Source: Rhodobacter sp. (GTDB taxonomy: Bacteria; Pseudomonadota; Alphaproteobacteria; Rhodobacterales; Rhodobacteraceae). Taken from it: a stretch of DNA of 64,000 bases. The translations under genes and the position numbers were made by a program. Shown piece by piece: positions 58,094 through 64,000 of this stretch. Each line of letters begins with the position of its first letter. The first letter of the stretch is position 1. The notes under the pieces were generated by a model, which was given only the letters and a program-made list of their open reading frames with translations, did not search any database and was not told the DNA's origin. The stretch covers positions 60,102 to 124,101 of the forward strand of contig JAIXXB010000032.1 of the NCBI GenBank assembly GCA_027490955.1, written 5' to 3'.

Positions 58094-59253
58094 CGGGCGC
58101 GCATCGCATCGGCAAAGCGGGTAAAAAGATAGACGCTGTCCTGTGGGCCAGGGCTGGCCTCGGGGTGGTATTGCACGGAAAACACGGGCCTATTCACCAT
58201 GGCGATGCCGCAATTCGATCCGTCAAACAACGAGACATGGGTTTCCATCACATCTTTTGGCAAAGATTGACTATCCACAGTAAAGCCGTGGTTCATCGAG
58301 GTGATTTCAACCTTGCCCGTGGTGATATCTTTCACAGGATGGTTTGCGCCGTGATGGCCATGGTTCATTTTCACTGTGCGCCCGCCAAGGGCGAGTGCCA
58401 GCATCTGATGGCCCAAGCAAATGCCAAACACGGGCAGATTGGCGGCCAAAACGCCCTGAATCATCGGCACGGCATAGGCCCCTGTGGCCGCAGGATCGCC
58501 CGGCCCGTTGGACAGAAACACGCCTTCGGGGTTCAGCGCAAGCACATCTTCGGCGGTGGCAGTGGCAGGCAGAACGGTGACATCGCAGCCTGCCGAGGCA
58601 AGGCAGCGCAGAATATTGCGTTTCGCGCCGTAATCAATGGCGACCACGCGCAGCCCATCGCCCGAATGCTGATCTTGGCGGCGGCTGTAACCTTCGGGCC
58701 AAGCCCAGCGCATTTCGTCCCACTTATAACTTTGCGCGCAGGTGACATCGCGGGCAAGGTCTAGCCCCTCTAGCCCCTTCCACGCGCGCGCGCGCGCCAC
58801 CAGCGCGCCCACGTCAAAATTGCCCGCAGGGTCATGGGCAAGGCAGACATGTGGCGCGCCTTGCTGGCGAATGGCGCGGGTCAGGCGGCGGGTGTCGATG
58901 CCGCCAATCCCGATGCGGCCGCGCCGCCCCATCCATGTTTGCAAATCGGACGTGGCACGCCAATTGGACGGCTGCGTTGGATCCCATTTCACCACCATGC
59001 CAGCGGCCACGGGGATGGCGGTTTCGTCATCTTCATCGGTCACGCCCGTATTGCCGATATGGGGAAAGGTGAAGGTGACGACTTGGCCCGCATAAGACGG
59101 GTCGGTCATAATTTCCTGATAGCCCGTCATTGCGGTGTTGAACACCAGTTCCGCCACCACCTCGCCCGTGGCCCCAAAGCCGTGGCCATAAAACACCGAA
59201 CCATCGGACAGCGCGATGCAGGCGGTGGGTTTTTGGCTGGGGGCATGTGGCAT
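58078..59253 (-). CDS. carA: Carbamoyl-phosphate synthase small subunit
   Basis: FNTAMTGYQE, SNGPGDP, GICLGHQ, GHHGANHPV and QYHPEASPGP motifs. Confidence 0.97.
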   Translation of the reverse strand: MPHAPSQKPTACIALSDGSVFYGHGFGATGEVVAELVFNTAMTGYQEIMTDPSYAGQVVTFTFPHIGNTGVTDEDDETAIPVAAGMVVKWDPTQPSNWRATSDLQTWMGRRGRIGIGGIDTRRLTRAIRQQGAPHVCLAHDPAGNFDVGALVARARAWKGLEGLDLARDVTCAQSYKWDEMRWAWPEGYSRRQDQHSGDGLRVVAIDYGAKRNILRCLASAGCDVTVLPATATAEDVLALNPEGVFLSNGPGDPAATGAYAVPMIQGVLAANLPVFGICLGHQMLALALGGRTVKMNHGHHGANHPVKDITTGKVEITSMNHGFTVDSQSLPKDVMETHVSLFDGSNCGIAMVNRPVFSVQYHPEASPGPQDSVYLFTRFADAMRARRVAA

Positions 59254-59433
59254 GGCATTCCTCCGTAAGGGGGCGGCAAAATTTGGCGGACACTATGGCG
59301 CAGCGCGCGCAGGGTCAAGGGTGCGCGCGAAAAGGAAAGCATAACGAAATCAGAGGGTTGAAATTTTCGCCCGATGTTGCGCGCATGGGCGCGGGGCGGT
59401 ATAAGGAAGGCGCATAATGAAAGGGCATATCCG

Positions 59434-59892
59434 ATGAGCCTGCGCGAGCAATTGCAGACCCAGATCAAAGAGGCGATGAAGGCCAAGGCGGCAGACCGCT
59501 TGTCGGCGCTGCGGATGATCAATGCCGCGATCAAAGACCGCGAAATTGCGGGCAGGTCAGAGGCGGGCGTGGTGGAAGTGACCGATGCCGATATTCTGGC
59601 GCTGATGGGCAAGATGGTGAAACAGCGTCAGGAAAGCGCGCGGGCCTATACTGATGGCGGGCGGGCGGAACTCGCCGCGAAAGAGACGGCCGAAATTGCC
59701 GTGATCGAAGAGTTTTTGCCGCGCCAGTTGTCGGCGGCCGAGGTAGAGGCCGCGATTGCAGCCGCCATTGCCGAGGCGGGGGCGACATCTATTCGCGATA
59801 TGGGCAAGGTTATGGCGGTGCTGAAGGGGAAATATACGGGCCAGATGGACTTTGGCGCGGCGGGGGCGGTGCTCAAGGGGAAGTTGGGGTGA
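59434..59892 (+). CDS. GatB/YqeY domain protein
   Basis: AMKAK..RL..LR.I..AIK, KQRQES..Y..GGR.EL..KE..E and DMGKVM motifs. Confidence 0.9.
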   Translation: MSLREQLQTQIKEAMKAKAADRLSALRMINAAIKDREIAGRSEAGVVEVTDADILALMGKMVKQRQESARAYTDGGRAELAAKETAEIAVIEEFLPRQLSAAEVEAAIAAAIAEAGATSIRDMGKVMAVLKGKYTGQMDFGAAGAVLKGKLG

Positions 59893-59912
59893 GGGGCGGC
59901 GGGCTTGCCCGC

Positions 59913-60127
59913 AAAAACGCTCCAGTGGAGCGTTTTTAGCCCCGAACGCGCGAGCACGCTTGCGAGCGCTGGGTGTGGATGGCGAAACCTATCCATGCAG
60001 CAGACAGGCGAATGGGTGCACAATCTGACCGCGACCGACACGCTGGGGCACTTGGGGCGCGGCCCTGACGCGCCCGCCCCAGGGGGGCGGGTCGGGCGCG
60101 GTCAGATTTGCTTTGGGCAAATCTGAC
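59913..60127. repeat. Cluster of palindromes and inverted repeats between convergent genes
   Basis: AAAAACGCTCCA-G-TGGAGCGTTTTT (59913-59937); 18-bp inverted repeat 60022-60039 / 60091-60108 with one mismatch; GTCAGATTTGC/GCAAATCTGAC (60101-60127). Confidence 0.75.
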
Positions 60128-60163
60128 GAGACTTGGTTGCAGATGTCCCGAAATTGAAAACCC

Positions 60164-61183
60164 TTACCCCCGCTGATACATCCCCTCATAAATCGGAACC
60201 AGCGTGCTTGTCTCAAACAACGAACTCACGCTCGTCCCGTTCCAGATATTCAAAATCGCCTGCGCGAACATCGGCGCTGTTGGCACGATGCGGATGTTTT
60301 TGCAGGCTTTCACGGCATCGGTCGGGGCAATCGAATCTGTAATCACCAGCGATTTCATCACGGATTTGGTGATGCGTTCCACCGCGGGACCAGACAGCAC
60401 GCCGTGGGTGATGTAGCTGTGCACTTCGCTTGCGCCGTTTTCCATCAGCACTTCGGCCGCTTTGCACAGCGTGCCTGCGGTGTCGCAAATATCGTCCACG
60501 ATGATGCATTTCTTGCCTGCGACCGTGCCGATCACCGTCATTTCGGCCACTTCGCCCGCCTTTTCGCGGCGCTTGTCCACAATTGACAGCGGCGCGTTGA
60601 TCCGCTTGGCGAGTTCGCGCGCCCGCGCCACCCCGCCCACATCGGGCGAGACGATCATGATATCGTCCATCGCGCCTTTGAAATGATGCTCGATATCCAG
60701 CGCAAACACGGGGCTGGCGTATAGGTTATCCACGGGAATATCGAAAAACCCCTGAATCTGCGCGGCATGCAAATCCAGCGTCAGCACGCGGTCAATGCCG
60801 CCTTGGGCGATCATATTGGCGACGAGTTTTGCGGTGATGGGGGTGCGCGCCTTGGCCCTGCGATCTTGGCGGGCATAGCCGAAATAGGGGATAACAGCGG
60901 TGATACGATCGGCGGACGAGCGGCGCAGCGCGTCCGCCATAATCAGCAGTTCCATCAGGTTATCATTGGCGGGGTTCGATGTGGGCTGGATGATATACAT
61001 ATCCTCGCCGCGCACGTTTTCGTACACTTCCACGAAAATCTCTTGATCGTTAAAGCGTTCCACCCGCGCGTCCACAAGGTTTACCTGCATGCCGCGATGC
61101 ATCGACATGCGCCGCGCAATCGATGTGGCAAGGGGAAGGTTGGCATTGCCCGAGATCAGTTTCGGTTCGGTCATGGCTGGCAT
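60164..61183 (-). CDS. prs: Ribose-phosphate pyrophosphokinase
   Basis: [34 protein letters not shown] and [10 protein letters not shown] motifs. Confidence 0.97.
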   Translation of the reverse strand: MPAMTEPKLISGNANLPLATSIARRMSMHRGMQVNLVDARVERFNDQEIFVEVYENVRGEDMYIIQPTSNPANDNLMELLIMADALRRSSADRITAVIPYFGYARQDRRAKARTPITAKLVANMIAQGGIDRVLTLDLHAAQIQGFFDIPVDNLYASPVFALDIEHHFKGAMDDIMIVSPDVGGVARARELAKRINAPLSIVDKRREKAGEVAEMTVIGTVAGKKCIIVDDICDTAGTLCKAAEVLMENGASEVHSYITHGVLSGPAVERITKSVMKSLVITDSIAPTDAVKACKNIRIVPTAPMFAQAILNIWNGTSVSSLFETSTLVPIYEGMYQRG

Positions 61184-61289
61184 ATCTTTCCCATCGTTTG
61201 GAATGGATGCAGGATTCGGGGTGCGGAACCCTAGGCGTTGACACCGCTTAGCACTGGGTTAGGGTCTTGGAAAGATAGGGGCGTGCAGG

Positions 61290-61904
61290 ATGCGGGTTGA
61301 ATACTATTTTTCAGTGAACTCGCCATATGTGTATATCGGCAGTCTGCGCGTGGCGCAGATGGCGGCGCAGATGGGGGCAGATTGGCGCTATCGGCCGCTG
61401 CATTTTTCGGCGCTGGCGGCAAGGATGGGTTCTGTTGCCATGGTGGATGCAGACCCTGCGCGGCGGGCCTATGTGGCGCAAGACCTTGCGCGCCAAGCGG
61501 CCAAGGCGGGGCTTGCGATGCTGCAGGCGCCGCCGTTTTTCCCTGCCAATTCTGCGCCTGCCTCTTATGCGATTATTGCCGCCCAAGCGGCGCAAGATCG
61601 GGGCGCGGCGGGCGATTTGCATGGGTTGGTGGCAGGCATATGCGCGGCTGTGTGGCGCGAGGGCCGCGATATTGCCGATGGCGAGGTGATTGGCGCGCTT
61701 ATGGCACAGGCGGGGTTTGACCCTGCCATTGCAGATCGCGGCATGTTCATGGCGGCAGATGAATATGCCCGCAATGTGGAAGATGCCGTATCGGCGGGCG
61801 TCTTTGGCACGCCGTTCATCGTGGAGGGGGCGGCAAAGTTTTGGGGCCAAGATCGGCTAGAAGATGCGGCGCAGCATTTGGGCCTGAAACTGGGCGCGTT
61901 ATGA
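61290..61904 (+). CDS. 2-hydroxychromene-2-carboxylate isomerase / DsbA-family protein
   Basis: YYFSVNSPYVYIG, GVFGTPF and FWGQDRL motifs. Confidence 0.85.
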   Translation: MRVEYYFSVNSPYVYIGSLRVAQMAAQMGADWRYRPLHFSALAARMGSVAMVDADPARRAYVAQDLARQAAKAGLAMLQAPPFFPANSAPASYAIIAAQAAQDRGAAGDLHGLVAGICAAVWREGRDIADGEVIGALMAQAGFDPAIADRGMFMAADEYARNVEDAVSAGVFGTPFIVEGAAKFWGQDRLEDAAQHLGLKLGAL

Positions 61905-62671
61905 AGCGGCAGGTTTTGGCCTTGCATCCCAGCCTTGCCCATGGTGGGGCCTTTGCCGCGCTGGGCGCGATGCTGCCCGACGTGGCCCTGACTGCCCCAG
62001 ATATGATGGGGCATGGGCGCGCGGCACCTTGGGATGGGCATAGCGATCTGCACAGCGCCTGCACGCGCGATGCGATTGGTTGGGCTGAAGGCCTGATGCG
62101 GGGCGGCGGCGGGCCCATCGACATCATCGGCCATTCCTTTGGTGGCACTGTGGCGCTGCGGCTGGCACTCGAGCGGCCCGAATTGCTGCGCAGCATGGTT
62201 TTGGTGGAACCTGTGCTGTTTGCGGCGGCCCGCGCTGATGGGGCCCCAGAATATCGCGCCTATGCGGCAGAGCATATGCTGTTCGAAACGCTGATGCAGA
62301 CGGGCGATTTGGATGGGGCGGCGGCGGCCTTTTACGCGCTGTGGGGCGATGGTCAGGCCTTTGGCAGCCTACCCGCCGCCACCCGCGCCTATATCCGCCA
62401 TCGCTTGCCCTTGGTGGGGGCGCAAACGGGTGCGCTGGTGGGCGATAGCGGCGGGATCATGGGCTATTTGCGGCTGGAGTCTTGCCCCATACCCACGCTG
62501 CTGCTGCGCGGCGCGCAAAGCCCGCCCATCATTGCCGCGATTGACCGCGCCTTGGCTGCGCGCCTGCCCAATACACGCCAGCATATTGTGGCGGGGGCGG
62601 CGCATATGCTGCCCATCACCCATGCCAGCGCCACGGCGGCAGCCATCATGGGCTTTTGGCAAAGCCTTTAG
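61901..62671 (+). CDS. Alpha/beta hydrolase
   Basis: APDMMGHG, IGHSFGG, LVEPV and HMLPITH motifs. ATGA overlap with the upstream gene. Confidence 0.85.
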   Translation: MKRQVLALHPSLAHGGAFAALGAMLPDVALTAPDMMGHGRAAPWDGHSDLHSACTRDAIGWAEGLMRGGGGPIDIIGHSFGGTVALRLALERPELLRSMVLVEPVLFAAARADGAPEYRAYAAEHMLFETLMQTGDLDGAAAAFYALWGDGQAFGSLPAATRAYIRHRLPLVGAQTGALVGDSGGIMGYLRLESCPIPTLLLRGAQSPPIIAAIDRALAARLPNTRQHIVAGAAHMLPITHASATAAAIMGFWQSL

Positions 62672-62854
62672 CGCATCTGCCCACATCTCGCTTTTCGCAC
62701 GGAACTTTCCCATCGGAAACAGAGCGCGGCGATTTTCGCGCGGTTGTGGTCGCAAATGCGTCGCCAAAATGTCGCAGGCCAGTCTACCTGTTTTTCCAAA
62801 CGGGCGGCCCCAATCTGCCCGAGGTGCGACTTAGGGAAGATCAGGGAGAAGATC

Positions 62855-64000
62855 ATGGCCGTTAAGACCGATATCGAGATTGCGCGCGAGGCGAAGAAAA
62901 AACCGATTATGGAGATCGGGGCGCGCTTGGGCATTCCGTCTGAACATCTGCTGCCCTATGGCCATGACAAGGCCAAGGTTGGGCAAGAGTTTATCAAATC
63001 GCTGTCTGGCAAGCCTGATGGCAAGCTGATCCTTGTCACCGCGATCAACCCCACCCCTGCGGGCGAGGGCAAGACCACCACCACAGTGGGTCTGGGCGAT
63101 GGTCTGAACCGCATTGGCAAAAAGGCGGTCGTTTGTATCCGCGAGGCCTCGCTGGGGCCTAACTTTGGCATGAAGGGTGGCGCGGCAGGTGGCGGCTATG
63201 CGCAAGTCGTGCCGATGGAGGAAATGAACCTGCATTTCACGGGTGATTTCCATGCCATCACCTCGGCCCATAACCTGCTATCCGCGATGATCGACAACCA
63301 CATCTATTGGGGCAATGATCTGGACATTGACGAGCGCCGCATCGTGTGGCGCCGCGTGATGGATATGAATGACCGCGCGCTGCGTGATATTGTGGTCAGC
63401 CTTGGCGGCGTGTCCAACGGCTTCCCGCGCCAGACGGGCTTTGACATTACTGTGGCTTCCGAAGTGATGGCCATTTTGTGCCTGTCGAATGATTTGGCCG
63501 ATTTGCAAAAGCGTTTGGGCGATATTGTGATCGGCTATACCCGCGCGAAAACGCCTGTGTATTGCCGCGATATCAAGGCAGATGGCGCAATGACCGTGCT
63601 GCTGAAAGACGCGATGCAGCCCAATCTTGTGCAAACGCTGGAAAACAACCCCGCCTTCGTGCATGGCGGCCCATTTGCCAATATCGCCCATGGCTGCAAT
63701 TCGGTCATCGCGACCAAAACCGCGCTGAAACTGGGCGAATATGTGGTGACCGAAGCGGGCTTTGGCGCGGACTTGGGCGCGGAAAAGTTCTTTGACATCA
63801 AATGCCGCAAGGCAGGGCTAAAGCCTGCCGCAGCCGTGATCGTGGCCACTGTGCGCGCGATGAAGATGAACGGCGGCGTTGCCAAGGCTGATTTGGGCGC
63901 GGAAAATGTGGATGCGGTCAAGAAAGGCTGCCCAAACCTTGGCCGCCATATCGGCAATGTCAAAAGTTTCGGTGTGCCAGTTGTCGTGGCGATCAACCAT
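62855..64000 (+). CDS. fhs: Formate--tetrahydrofolate ligase (runs off the window end; absent from the ORF track)
   Basis: Translated by eye from ATG 62855: [53 protein letters not shown]. Confidence 0.95.
   Translation, partial: MAVKTDIEIAREAKKKPIMEIGARLGIPSEHLLPYGHDKAKVGQEFIKSLSGKPDGKLILVTAINPTPAGEGKTTTTVGLGDGLNRIGKKAVVCIREASLGPNFGMKGGAAGGGYAQVVPMEEMNLHFTGDFHAITSAHNLLSAMIDNHIYWGNDLDIDERRIVWRRVMDMNDRALRDIVVSLGGVSNGFPRQTGFDITVASEVMAILCLSNDLADLQKRLGDIVIGYTRAKTPVYCRDIKADGAMTVLLKDAMQPNLVQTLENNPAFVHGGPFANIAHGCNSVIATKTALKLGEYVVTEAGFGADLGAEKFFDIKCRKAGLKPAAAVIVATVRAMKMNGGVAKADLGAENVDAVKKGCPNLGRHIGNVKSFGVPVVVAINH

Noticed and set aside
62672-62854. ZTP (pfl) or THF riboswitch upstream of fhs
   Set aside because: A GACTGGC-like core appears only on the wrong strand, and the remaining consensus elements could not be found.
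62831-64000. Minus-strand ORFs listed in the track at the window end
   Set aside because: They are shadows of fhs on the plus strand, which the track omitted because it has no stop inside the window.

Overview
This is a GC-rich chromosomal window from an alphaproteobacterium. Gene content and order point to Rhodobacteraceae; that placement is an inference. Most of it is core housekeeping: nrdJ, hisS-hisZ-hisG, ptsP, lysC, purD, xseA, ftsY, SAM-II riboswitch-metZ-folE2, glyQ-glyS, a ppdK-like gene, folB-folP-glmM, ilvC, carA, prs and the start of fhs. The first ~11 kb look accessory. They hold (i) a duplicated module of a secreted acidic PepSY-like protein plus a membrane-anchored LuxR regulator, and (ii) a tightly coupled putative surface-glycan locus ending in a sulfatase fused to RTX repeats. 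I found no rRNA, tRNA, CRISPR array, transposase or prophage. The most notable non-coding signals are five copies of a structured REP-like interspersed repeat with GTAG/GTGA-hairpin architecture, a 25-bp tandem array built from the last codons and stop of carA, and two perfect overlapping CtrA boxes upstream of a MshEN-like/GT2 glycosyltransferase. Several conserved proteins appear catalytically remodelled: a PPDK with a degenerate ATP-grasp domain, a trypsin-fold pseudo-protease with cell-wall-binding domains, and FolB fused to a degenerate kinase-like domain. All assignments come from motif reading by eye; no database searches were run.
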